A stretch of DNA of 64,000 bases, from positions 199,144,001-199,208,000 of the forward strand of contig OZ024742.1 in the NCBI GenBank assembly GCA_964016885.1. The letters are read 5' to 3'. Positions within the stretch are counted from its first letter, which is position 1, and every line of letters begins with the position of its first letter. The notes beneath the pieces were generated by a model, which saw only the letters and a program-made list of their open reading frames with translations, did not search any database and was not told where the DNA came from. This stretch comes from Eledone cirrhosa (Eukaryota). Shown here in pieces: positions 11,601 to 23,600 of the stretch. The position numbers and the translations under genes were made by a program.

Positions 11601-14600
11601 AGTGCGTGTTGGTGTGGAGAGTGTGTGTTGGTGTGGGGAGTGTGTGTTGGGGTGGAGAGTGTGTATTGGTGTGGGGAGTGTGTGTTGGTGTTGAGAGTGT
11701 GTGTTGGTGTGGAGAGTGTCTGTTGGGGAGGAGAGCTTGTGTTGGGGTGGTGAGTGTGAGTTGGGGAGGAGAGCTTGTGTTGGGGTGGGGAGTGTGAGTT
11801 GGGTGCAGAGTGTGTGTTGTGTGGGGAGAGTGTGTTGGTGTGGAGAGTGTCTGTTGGGGTGGAGAGTGTGTGTTCGTGTGGAGAGTGTGTGTTGGTGTGG
11901 AGAGTGTGTGTTGGGGTGGAGAGTGTCTGTTGGGGAGGAGAGCTTGTGTTGGGGTGGTGAGTGTGAGTTGGGGTGGGGAGTGTGTGTTGGGTGCAGAGTG
12001 TGTGTTGTGTGGGGAGAGTGTGTTGGTGTGGAGAGTGTCTGTTGGGGTGGAGAGTGTGTGTTCGTGTGGAGAGTGTGTGTTGGTGTGGAGAGTGTGTGTT
12101 TGGGTGGAGAGTGTGTGTTGATGTGGAGAGTGTGTGTTGGTGTGGGGAGTGTGTGTTTGTGTGGAGAGTGTGTGTTGGTGTGGGGAGTGTGAGTTGGTGT
12201 GGGTTTGGGGAGTGTGTGTTGTGGTGGAGAGTGTGTGTTGGGGTGGAGAGTGTGTGTTGGTGTGGGGAGTGTGAGTTGGTGTGGGTTTGGGGAGTGGGTG
12301 TTGTGGTGGAGAGTGTGGGGTGTGTGTGCCGGTGTGGAGAGTGTGTGCTGGTATGGAGAGTATGTGTTTGGGGATAGTGTGTGTTGGGGTGGAGAGTGTG
12401 TGTTGGTGTGGAGAGTGTGTGTTGGTGTGGAGAGTGTGTGTTGGGGTGGAGAGTGTGTGTTGATGTGGAGAGTGTGTGTTGGTGTGGGGAGTGTGTGTTG
12501 GGGTGGAGAGTGTGGGGTGTGTGTGGAGAGTGTGTGATGATGTGGAGAGTGTGTGTTGGTGTGGGGATTGTGTGTTAGTGTGGGGAGTGTGTGCCGGTGT
12601 GGAGAGTGTGTGTTGGTGTGGAGAGTGTGTGTTGGTGTGGAGAGTGTGTGTTGGTGTGGCGAGTGTGTGTTGGGGTGGAGAGTTTGTGTTGGGGTGGAGA
12701 GTGTGTGTTGTTGTGGGAGTGTGTGTCGGTGTGGGGAGAGTGTGTTGGTGTGGAGAGTGTGTGTTGGTGTGGGGAGAGTGTGTTGGTGTGGAGAGTGTGT
12801 GTTGGTCTGCAGAGTGTGTGTTGGTGTGGCGAGTGTGTGTTGGGGTGGAGAGTGTGTGTAGGGGTGGAGAGTGTGTGTTGGTGTGGAGAGTGTGTGTTGG
12901 CGTGGGGAGTGGGAGTGTGTGTTGGTGTGGGGAGAGTGTGTTGGTGTGGAGAGTGTGTGTTGGTGTGGCGAGTGTGTGTTGGGGTGGAGAGTGTGTGTTG
13001 GGGTGGAGAGTGTGTGTTGGTCTGAAGAGTGTGTGTTGGTGTGGGGAGTGTGAGTTGGTGTGGGTTTGGGGAGTGTGTGTTGTGGTGGAGAGTGTGGGGT
13101 GTGTGTGCCGGTGTGGAGAGTGTGTGCTGGTATGGAGAGTGTGTGTTTGTGGATAGTGTGTGTTGGGGTGGAGAGTGTGTGTTGGTGTGGAGAGTGTGTG
13201 TTGATGTGGAGAGTGTGTCTTGGAGTGGGGAGTGTGTGTTGGGGTGGAGAGTGTGGGGTGTGTGTGGAGAGTGTGTTTTGATGTGGAGAGTGTGTGTTGG
13301 TGTGGGGATTGTGTGTTTGGGTGGAGAGTGTGGGGAGTGTGTGCCGGTGTGGAGAGTGTGTGTTGGAGTGGAGAGTGTGTGTTGGTGTGGAGAGTGTGTG
13401 TTGGTGTGGCGAGTGTGTGTTGGGGTGGAGAGTTTGTGTTGGGTGGAGAGTGTGTGTTGGTGTGGAGAGTGTGTGTTGGTGTGGGGAGTGGGAGTGTGTG
13501 TTGGTGTGGAGAGTGTGTGTTGGTGTGGGGAGTGTGAGTTGGTGTGGGTTTGGGGAGTGTGTGTTGTGGTGGAGAGTGTGGGGTGTGTGTGCCGGTGTGG
13601 AGAGTGTGTGTTGGTGTGGGGAGTGTATGTTGGTGTGGGGATTGTGTGTTGAGGTGGGGTGTGTGTGTTTGTGAGGAGAGTGTGTGTTGGTGTGGGGAGT
13701 GTGTGTTGTGTGGGGAGAGTGTGTGTTGGGGTGGAGAGTGTGTGTTGAGCTGGAGAATGTGTGTTGGTGTGGGGAGTGTGTGTTGGTGTGGAGAGTGTGT
13801 GTTGGTGTGGGGATTGTGTGTTGAGGTGGAGAGTGTGTGTTGGTGTGGGGAGTGTGTGCTGGGCTGGAGAATGTGTGTTGATGTGGAGAGTGTGTGTTGT
13901 TGTGGGGAGTGCGTTGGTGTGGAGAATGTGTGTTGGTGTGGAGAGTGTGTGTTGGTGTGGCGAGTGTGTGTTGGGGTGGAGAGTGTGTGTTGGGGTGGAG
14001 AGTGTGTGTTGCTGTGGAGAGTGTGTGTTGGTGTGGGGATTGTGTGTTGAGGTGGAGAGTGTGTGTTGGTGTGGGGAGTGTGTGCTGGGCTGGAGAATGT
14101 GTGTTGATGTGGAGAGTGTGTGTTGTTGTGGGGAGTGCGTTGGTGTGGAGAATGTGTGTTGGTGTGGAGAGTGTGTGTTGGTGTGGCGAGTGTGTGTTGG
14201 GGTGGAGAGTGTGTGTTGGGGTGGAGAGTGTGTGTTGGTGTGGAGAGTGTGTGTTGGTGTGGGGAGTGGGAGTGTGTGTGGGTTTGGGGAGTGTGTTTTG
14301 TGGTGGAGAGTGTGGGGTGTGTGTGCCGGTGTGGAGAGTGTGTGTTGTTGTGGGGAGTGCGTTGGTGTGGAGAATGTGTGTTGGTGTGGAGAGTGTGTGT
14401 TGGTGTGGCGAGTGTGTGTTGGGGTGGAGAGTGTGTGTTGGGGTGGAGAGTGTGTGTTGGTGTGGAGAGTGTGTGTTGGTGTGGGGAGTCGGAGTGTGTG
14501 TGGGTTTGGGGAGTGTGTTTTGTGGTGGAGAGTGTGGGGTGTGTGTGCCGGTGTGGAGAGTGTGTGTTGATGTGGAGAGTGTGTGTTGGGCTGGAGAGTG

Positions 14601-17600
14601 TGGGGTGTGTGTGCCGGTGTGGAGAGTGTGTGTTGATGTGGAGAGTGTGTAGGTGTGGGGAGTGTGTGTTGGTGTGGGGATTGTGTGTTGGTGTGGGGAG
14701 TGTATGTTGGTGTGGGGAGTGTGTGTTGGTGTGGGGATTGTGTGTTGAGGTGGAGAGTGTGCGCTGGTGTGGGGAGTGCGTGTTGGTGTGGGGATTGTGT
14801 GTTAGTGTGGGGAGTGTGTGTTGGCGTGGGGAGTGCGTGTTGGTGTGGGGAGTGTGTGTGTGGGGGGGTGCCGGTGTGGAGAGTGTGTGTTGAGTGGGGA
14901 TTGTGTGTTAGGGTGGAGAGTGTGTGTTGGAGTGGAGAATGTGTGTTGGGGTGGCAAGTGTGTGTTAGAGTGGGGACTGTGATTGTGTGTTGGGGTGGGG
15001 AGTGTGTGTTGGTGTGGAGAGTGTGTGTTGGTTAGGGAGCATGAGTTGGGGTGGGGATTGTGAGTTGGGGTGGGGTGTGTGTGTTTGTGAGGAGAGTGTG
15101 TGTTGGTGTGGGGAGTGTGTGTTGGTGTGGAGAGTGTGTGTTGGGGTGGAGAGTGTGTGTTGAGCTGGAGAATGTGTGTTGGTGTGGGGAGTGTGTGTTG
15201 GTGTGGAGAGTGTGTGTTGGTGTGGGGATTGTGTGTTGAGGTGGAGAGTGTGTGTTGGTGTGGGGAGTGTGTGCTGGGATGGAGAGTGTGTGTTGATGTG
15301 GAGAGTGTGTGTTGTTGTGGGGAGTGCGTTGGTGTGGAGAATGTGTGTTGGTGTGGAGAGTGTGTGTTGGTGTGGGGATTGTGTGTTAGTGTGGGGAGTG
15401 TGTGTTGGCGTGGGGAGTGCGTGTTGGTGTGGGGAGTGTGTGTGGGGGGGTGCCGGTGTGGAGAGTGTGTTTTGATGTGGAGAGTGTGTGTTGGTGTGGG
15501 GATTGTGTGTTGGGGTGGAGAGTGTGCGTTGGAGTGGAGAATGTGTGTTGGGGTGGCGAGTGTGTGTTAGAGTGGGGACTGTGATTGTGTGTTGGGGTGG
15601 GGAGTGTGTGTTGGTGTGGAGAGTGCGTGTTGGGTAGGGAGCATGAGTTGGGGTGGGGATTGTGTGTTGGTGTGGGGAGTGTGTGTTGTGTGGGGAGTGT
15701 GTGTTGGTGTGGAGAGTGTGTTATCTGGAGAATGTGTGTTGGTGTGGAAAGTGAATGGTGGGGTGTATGAGTGTGTTGGTGTGGGGAGTGTGTGTTGGTG
15801 TGGAGAGTGTGTGTTGGGGTGGTGAGTGTGTGTTTGTGTGGGAATGTGTGTTGGGGTGGAGAGTGTGTGTTGGTGTTGAGAGTGTGTGCTGGTGTGGAGA
15901 GTGTCTGTTGGGGAGGAGAGCTTGTGTTGGGGTGGGGAGTGTGAGTTGGGGTGGGGAGTGTGTGTTGGGTGCAGAGTGTGTGTTGGTGTGGGGAGTGTGT
16001 GTTGGTGTGGAGAGTGTCTGTTGGGGTGGAGAGTGTGTGTTCGTGTGGAGAGTGTGTGTTGGTGTGGAGAGTGTGTGTTGGGGTGGAGAGTGTGTGTTGA
16101 TGTGGAGAGTGTGTGTTGGTGTGGGGAGTGTGTGTTTGTGTGGAGAGTGTGTGTTGGTGTGGAGAGTGTGTGTTGGTGTGGCGATTGTGTGTTGGGGTGG
16201 AGAGTGTGTGTTGGGGTGGAGAGTGTGTGTTGGTGTGGAGAGTGTGTGTTGGTGTGGGGAGTGTGAGTTGGTGTGGGTTTGGGGAGTGTGTGTTGATGTG
16301 GAGAGTGTGTGTTGGTGTGGGGATTGTGTGTTGAGGTGGAGAGTGTGTGTTGGTGTGGGGAGTGTGTGCTGGGCTGGAGAATGTGTGTTGATGTGGAGAG
16401 TGTGTGTTGTTGTGGGGAGTGTGTTGGTGTGGAGAGTGTGTGTTGGTGTGGAGAGTGTGTATTGGTGTGGAGAGTGTGTGTTGATGTGGAGAGTGTGTTG
16501 GTGTGGGGAGTGTGTGTTGGTGTGGAGATTGTGTGTTGGTGTGGGGAGTGTATGTTGGTGTGGGGATTGCGTGTTGAGGTGGAGAGTGTGTGCTGGTGTG
16601 CGGAGTGCGTGTTGGTGTGGGGATTGTGTGTTAGTGTGGGGTGTGCGTGTTGGCGTGGGGAGTGCGTGTTGGTGTGGGGAGTGTGTGTGTGGGGGGGTGC
16701 CGGTGTGGAGAGTGTGTGTTGAGTGGGGATTGTGTGTTAGGGTGGAGAGTGTGTGTTGGAGTGGAGAATGTGTGTTGGGGTGGCAAGTGTGTGTTAGAGT
16801 GGGGACTGTGATTGTGTGTTGGGGTGGGGAGTGTGTGTTGGTGTGGAGAGTGTGTGTTGGTTAGGGAGCATGAGTTGGGGTGGGGATTGTGAGTTGGGGT
16901 GGGGTGTGTGTGTTTGTGAGGAGAGTGTGTGTTGGTGTGGGGAGTGTGTGTTGGTGTGGAGAGTGTGTGTTGGGGTGGAGAGTGTGTGTTGAGCTGGAGA
17001 ATGTGTGTTGGTGTGGGGAGTGTGTGTTGGTGTGGAGAGTGTGTGTTGGTGTGGGGATTGTGTGTTGAGGTGGAGAGTGTGTGTTGGTGTGGGGAGTGTG
17101 TGCTGGGCTGGAGAGAGTGTGTTGATGTGGAGAGTGTGTGTTGTTGTGGGGAGTGCGTTGGTGTGGAGAATGTGTGTTGGTGTGGAGAGTGTGTGTTGGT
17201 GTGGGGATTGTGTGTTAGTGTGGGGAGTGTGTGTTGGCGTGGGGAGTGCGTGTTGGTGTGGGGAGTGTGTGTGGGGGGGGGGGGTGCCGGTGTGGAGAGT
17301 GTGTTTTGATGTGGAGAGTGTGTGTTGGTGTGGGGATTGTGTGTTGCGGTGGAGAGTGTGTGTTGGAGTGGAGAATGTGTGTTGGGGTGGCGAGTGTGTG
17401 TTAGAGTGGGGACTGTGATTGTGTGTTGGGGTGGGGAGTGTGTGTTGGTGTGGAGAGTGCGTGTTGGGTAGGGAGCATGAGTTGGGGTGGGGATTGTGTG
17501 TTGGTGTGGGGAGTGTGTGTTGTGTGGGGAGTGTGTGTTGGTGTGGAGAGTGTGTTATCTGGAGAATGTGTGTTGGTGTGGAAAGTGAATGGTGGGGTGT

Positions 17601-20600
17601 ATGAGTGTGTTGGTGTGGGGAGTGTGTGTTGGTGTGGAGAGTGTGTGTTGGGGTGGTGAGTGTGTGTTTGTGTGGGAATGTGTGTTGGGGTGGAGAGTGT
17701 GTGTTGGTGTTGAGAGTGTGTGCTGGTGTGGAGAGTGTCTGTTGGGGAGGAGAGCTTGTGTTGGGGTGGGGAGTGTGAGTTGGGGTGGGGAGTGTGTGTT
17801 GGGTGCAGAGTGTGTGTTGGTGTGGGGAGTGTGTGTTGGTGTGGAGAGTGTCTGTTGGGGTGGAGAGTGTGTGTTCGTGTGGAGAGTGTGTGTTGGTGTG
17901 GAGAGTGTGTGTTGGGGTGGAGAGTGTGTGTTGATGTGGAGAGTGTGTGTTGGTGTGGGGAGTGTGTGTTTGTGTGGAGAGTGTGTGTTGGTGTGGAGAG
18001 TGTGTGTTGGTGTGGGGAGTGTGTGTTGGGCTGGAGAATGTGTGTTGATGTGGAGAGTGTTTGTTGTTGTGGGGAGTGCGTTGGTGTGGAGAGTGTGTGT
18101 TGGTGTGGAGAGTGTGCATTAGAGTGTGGAGGGTGTGTTGGGGTGGAGAGAGTGTGTTAGTGTGGGGAGTGTGTTTTGGGGTGGAGAGTGTGTGTTGGGC
18201 TGGAGAGTTTGTGTTGATGTGGGGAGTGTGTGTTGGTGTGGGGAGTGCGTTAGGGTGGAGAGTGTGTGTTGGTGTGGGGTGTGTGAGTTGGGTTGGGGAG
18301 TGTGAGCATGCTTGGGGAGTGTTTTGCTGTGGGGAGTGTGAGTTGGTGTGCGGAGTGAGTGTTGGGGTGGAGAGTGTGTGCTGGTGTAGAGAGTGTGTGT
18401 TGGTGTGGTGAGTGTGTGTAGGTGTGGGGAGTGTGCGTAGGTCTGGAGAGTGTGTTGGTGTGGAGAGTGTGTGTTGGTGTGGGGAGTGTGTGTTGGTGTG
18501 GGGAGTGTGTGTTGGGGTGGGGAGTGTGTATTGGTGTGGGGAGTGCGTGTTGGTGTGGAGAGTGTGTGTTGGTGTGGGGAGTGTGTGTTGGGGTGGAGAG
18601 TGTGTATTGGTGTGGGGAGTGTGTGTTGGTGTTGAGAGTGTGTGTTGGTGTGGAGAGTGTCTGTTGGGGAGGAGAGCTTGTGTTGGGGTGGTGAGTGTGA
18701 GTTGGGGAGGAGAGCTTGTGTTGGGGTGGGGAGTGTGAGTTGGGTGCAGAGTGTGTGTTGTGTGGGGAGAGTGTTTGGTGTGGAGAGTGTCTGTTGGGGT
18801 GGAGAGTGTGTGTTCGTGTGGAGAGTGTGTGTTGGTGTGGAGAGTGTGTGTTGGGGTGGAGAGTGTCTGTTGGGGAGGAGAGCTTGTGTTGGGGTGGTGA
18901 GTGTGAGTTGGGGTGGGGAGTGTGTGTTGGGTGCAGAGTGTGTGTTGTGTGGGGAGAGTGTGTTGGTGTGGAGAGTGTCTGTTGGGGTGGAGAGTGTGTG
19001 TTCGTGTGGAGAGTGTGTGTTGGTGTGGAGAGTGTGTGTTGGGGTGGAGAGTGTGTGTTGATGTGGAGAGTGTGTGTTGGTGTGGGGAGTGTGTGTTTGT
19101 GTGGAGAGTGTGTGTTGGTGTGGAGAGTGTGTGTTGGTGTGGAGAGTGTGTGTTGGGGTGGTGAGTGTGTGTTTGTGTGGGAATGTGTGTTGGGGTGGAG
19201 AGTGTGTGTTGGTGTTGAGAGTGTGTGCTGGTGTGGAGAGTGTCTGTTGGGGAGGAGAGCTTGTGTTGGGGTGGGGAGTGTGAGTTGGGGTGGGGAGTGT
19301 GTGTTGGGTGCAGAGTGTGTGTTGGTGTGGGGAGTGTGTGTTGGTGTGGAGAGTGTCTGTTGGGGTGGAGAGTGTGTGTTCGTGTGGAGAGTGTGTGTTG
19401 GTGTGGAGAGTGTGTGTTGGGGTGGAGAGTGTGTGTTGATGTGGAGAGTGTGTGTTGGTGTGGGGAGTGTGTGTTTGTGTGGAGAGTGTGTGTTGGTGTG
19501 GAGAGTGTGTGTTGGTGTGGGGAGTGTGTGTTGGGCTGGAGAATGTGTGTTGATGTGGAGAGTGTTTGTTGTTGTGGGGAGTGCGTTGGTGTGGAGAGTG
19601 TGTGTTGGTGTGGAGAGTGTGCATTAGAGTGTGGAGGGTGTGTTGGGGTGGAGAGAGTGTGTTAGTGTGGGGAGTGTGTTTTGGGGTGGAGAGTGTGTGT
19701 TGGGCTGGAGAGTTTGTGTTGATGTGGGGAGTGTGTGTTGGTGTGGGGAGTGCGTTAGGGTGGAGAGTGTGTGTTGGTGTGGGGTGTGTGAGTTGGGTTG
19801 GGGAGTGTGAGCATGCTTGGGGAGTGTTTTGCTGTGGGGAGTGTGAGTTGGTGTGCGGAGTGAGTGTTGGGGTGGAGAGTGTGTGCTGGTGTAGAGAGTG
19901 TGTGTTGGTGTGGTGAGTGTGTGTAGGTGTGGGGAGTGTGCGTAGGTCTGGAGAGTGTGTTGGTGTGGAGAGTGTGTGTTGGTGTGGAGAGTGTGTGTTG
20001 GTGTGGGGAGTGTGTGTTGGGGTGGGGAGTGTGTATTGGTGTGGGGAGTGCGTGTTGGTGTGGAGAGTGTGTGTTGGTGTGGGGAGTGTGTGTTGGGGTG
20101 GAGAGTGTGTATTGGTGTGGGGAGTGTGTGTTGGTGTTGAGAGTGTGTGTTGGTGTGGAGAGTGTCTGTTGGGGAGGAGAGCTTGTGTTGGGGTGGTGAG
20201 TGTGAGTTGGGGAGGAGAGCTTGTGTTGGGGTGGGGAGTGTGAGTTGGGTGCAGAGTGTGTGTTGTGTGGGGAGAGTGTGTTGGTGTGGAGAGTGTCTGT
20301 TGGGGTGGAGAGTGTGTGTTCGTGTGGAGAGTGTGTGTTGGTGTGGAGAGTGTGTGTTGGGGTGGAGAGTGTCTGTTGGGGAGGAGAGCTTGTGTTGGGG
20401 TGGTGAGTGTGAGTTGGGGTGGGGAGTGTGTGTTGGGTGCAGAGTGTGTGTTGTGTGGGGAGAGTGTGTTGGTGTGGAGAGTGTCTGTTGGGGTGGAGAG
20501 TGTGTGTTCGTGTGGAGAGTGTGTGTTGGTGTGGAGAGTGTGTGTTGGGGTGGAGAGTGTGTGTTGATGTGGAGAGTGTGTGTTGGTGTGGGGAGTGTGT

Positions 20601-23600
20601 GTTTGTGTGGAGAGTGTGTGTTGGTGTGGAGAGTGTGTGTTGGTGTGGAGAGTGTGTGTTGGTGTGGGGAGTGTGAGTTGGTGTGGGTTTGGGGAGTGTG
20701 TGTTGTGGTGGAGAGTGTGTGTTGGGGTGGAGAGTGTGTGTTGGTGTGGGGAGTGTGAGTTGGTGTGGGTTTGGGGAGTGGGTGTTGCGGTGGAGAGTGT
20801 GGGGTGTGTGTGCCGGTGTGGAGAGTGTGTGCTGGTATGGAGAGTATGTGTTTGGGGATAGTGTGTGTTGGGGTGGAGAGTGTGTGTTGGTGTGGAGAGT
20901 GTGTGTTGGTGTGGAGAGTGTGTGTTGGGGTGGAGAGTGTGGGGTGTGTGTGGAGAGTGTGTGATGATGTGGAGAGTGTGTGTTGGTGTGGGGATTGTGT
21001 GTTAGTGTGGGGAGTGTGTGCCGGTGTGGAGAGTGTGTGTTGGTGTGGAGAGTGTGTGTTGGTGTGGAGAGTGTGTGTTGGTGTGGCGAGTGTGTGTTGG
21101 GGTGGAGAGTTTGTGTTGGGGTGGAGAGTGTGTGTTGTTGTGGGAGTGTGTGTCGGTGTGGGGAGAGTGTGTTGGTGTGGAGAGTGTGTGTTGGTGTGGG
21201 GAGAGTGTGTTGGTGTGGAGAGTGTGTGTTGGTCTGCAGAGTGTGTGTTGGTGTGGCGAGTGTGTGTTGGGGTGGAGAGTGTGTGTTGGGGTGGAGAGTG
21301 CGTGTTGGTGTGGAGAGTGTGTGTTGGCGTGGGGAGTGGGAGTGTGTGTTGGTGTGGGGAGAGTGTGTTGGTGTGGAGAGTGTGTGTTGGTGTGGCGAGT
21401 GTGTGTTGGGGTGGAGAGTGTGTGTTGGGGTGGAGAGTGTGTGTTGGTCTGAAGAGTGTGTGTTGGTGTGGGGAGTGTGAGTTGGTGTGGGTTTGGGGAG
21501 TGTGTGTTGTGGTGGAGAGTGTGGGGTGTGTGTGCCGGTGTGGAGAGTGTGTGCTGGTATGGAGAGTGTGTGTTTGTGGATAGTGTGTGTTGGGGTGGAG
21601 AGTGTGTGTTGGTGTGGAGAGTGTGTGTTGATGTGGAGAGTGTGTCTTGGAGTGGGGAGTGTGTGTTGGGGTGGAGAGTGTGGGGTGTGTGTGGAGAGTG
21701 TGTTTTGATGTGGAGAGTGTGTGTTGGTGTGGGGATTGTGTGTTTGGGTGGAGAGTGTGGGGAGTGTGTGCCGGTGTGGAGAGTGTGTGTTGGAGTGGAG
21801 AGTGTGTGTTGGTGTGGAGAGTGTGTGTTGGTGTGGCGAGTGTGTGTTGGGGTGGAGAGTTTGTGTTGGGGTGGAGAGTGTGTGTTGGTGTGGAGAGTGT
21901 GTGTTGGTGTGGGGAGTGGGAGTGTGTGTTGGTGTGGAGAGTGTGTGTTGGTGTGGGGAGTGTGAGTTGGTGTGGGTTTGGGGAGTGTGTGTTGTGGTGG
22001 AGAGTGTGGGGTGTGTGTGCCGGTGTGGAGAGTGTGTGTTGGTGTGGGGAGTGTATGTTGGTGTGGGGATTGTGTGTTGAGGTGGGGTGTGTGTGTTTGT
22101 GAGGAGAGTGTGTGTTGGTGTGGGGAGTGTGTGTTGTGTGGGGAGAGTGTGTGTTGGGGTGGAGAGTGTGTGTTGAGCTGGAGAATGTGTGTTGGTGTGG
22201 GGAGTGTGTGTTGGTGTGGAGAGTGTGTGTTGGTGTGGGGATTGTGTGTTGAGGTGGAGAGTGTGTGTTGGTGTGGGGAGTGTGTGCTGGGCTGGAGAAT
22301 GTGTGTTGATGTGGAGAGTGTGTGTTGTTGTGGGGAGTGCGTTGGTGTGGAGAATGTGTGTTGGTGTGGAGAGTGTGTGTTGGTGTGGCGAGTGTGTGTT
22401 GGGGTGGAGAGTGTGTGTTGGGGTGGAGAGTGTGTGTTGCTGTGGAGAGTGTGTGTTGGTGTGGGGATTGTGTGTTGAGGTGGAGAGTGTGTGTTGGTGT
22501 GGGGAGTGTGTGCTGGGCTGGAGAATGTGTGTTGATGTGGAGAGTGTGTGTTGTTGTGGGGAGTGCGTTGGTGTGGAGAATGTGTGTTGGTGTGGAGAGT
22601 GTGTGTTGGTGTGGCGAGTGTGTGTTGGGGTGGAGAGTGTGTGTTGGGGTGGAGAGTGTGTGTTGGTGTGGAGAGTGTGTGTTGGTGTGGGGAGTGGGAG
22701 TGTGTGTGGGTTTGGGGAGTGTGTTTTGTGGTGGAGAGTGTGGGGTGTGTGTGCCGGTGTGGAGAGTGTGTGTTGTTGTGGGGAGTGCGTTGGTGTGGAG
22801 AATGTGTGTTGGTGTGGAGAGTGTGTGTTGGTGTGGCGAGTGTGTGTTGGGGTGGAGAGTGTGTGTTGGGTGGAGAGTGTGTGTTGGTGTGGAGAGTGTG
22901 TGTTGGTGTGGGGAGTCGGAGTGTGTGTGGGTTTGGGGAGTGTGTTTTGTGGTGGAGAGTGTGGGGTGTGTGTGCCGGTGTGGAGAGTGTGTGTTGATGT
23001 GGAGAGTGTGTGTTGGGCTGGAGAGTGTGGGGTGTGTGTGCCGGTGTGGAGAGTGTGTGTTGATGTGGAGAGTGTGTAGGTGTGGGGAGTGTGTGTTGGT
23101 GTGGGGATTGTGTGTTGGTGTGGGGAGTGTATGTTGGTGTGGGGAGTGTGTGTTGGTGTGGGGATTGTGTGTTGAGGTGGAGAGTGTGCGCTGGTGTGGG
23201 GAGTGCGTGTTGGTGTGGGGATTGTGTGTTAGTGTGGGGAGTGTGTGTTGGCGTGGGGAGTGCGTGTTGGTGTGGGGAGTGTGTGTGTGGGGGGTGCCGG
23301 TGTGGAGAGTGTGTGTTGAGTGGGGATTGTGTGTTAGGGTGGAGAGTGTGTGTTGGAGTGGAGAATGTGTGTTGGGGTGGCAAGTGTGTGTTAGAGTGGG
23401 GACTGTGATTGTGTGTTGGGGTGGGGAGTGTGTGTTGGTGTGGAGAGTGTGTGTTGGTTAGGGAGCATGAGTTGGGGTGGGGATTGTGAGTTGGGGTGGG
23501 GTGTGTGTGTTTGTGAGGAGAGTGTGTGTTGGTGTGGGGAGTGTGTGTTGGTGTGGAGAGTGTGTGTTGGGGTGGAGAGTGTGTGTTGAGCTGGAGAATG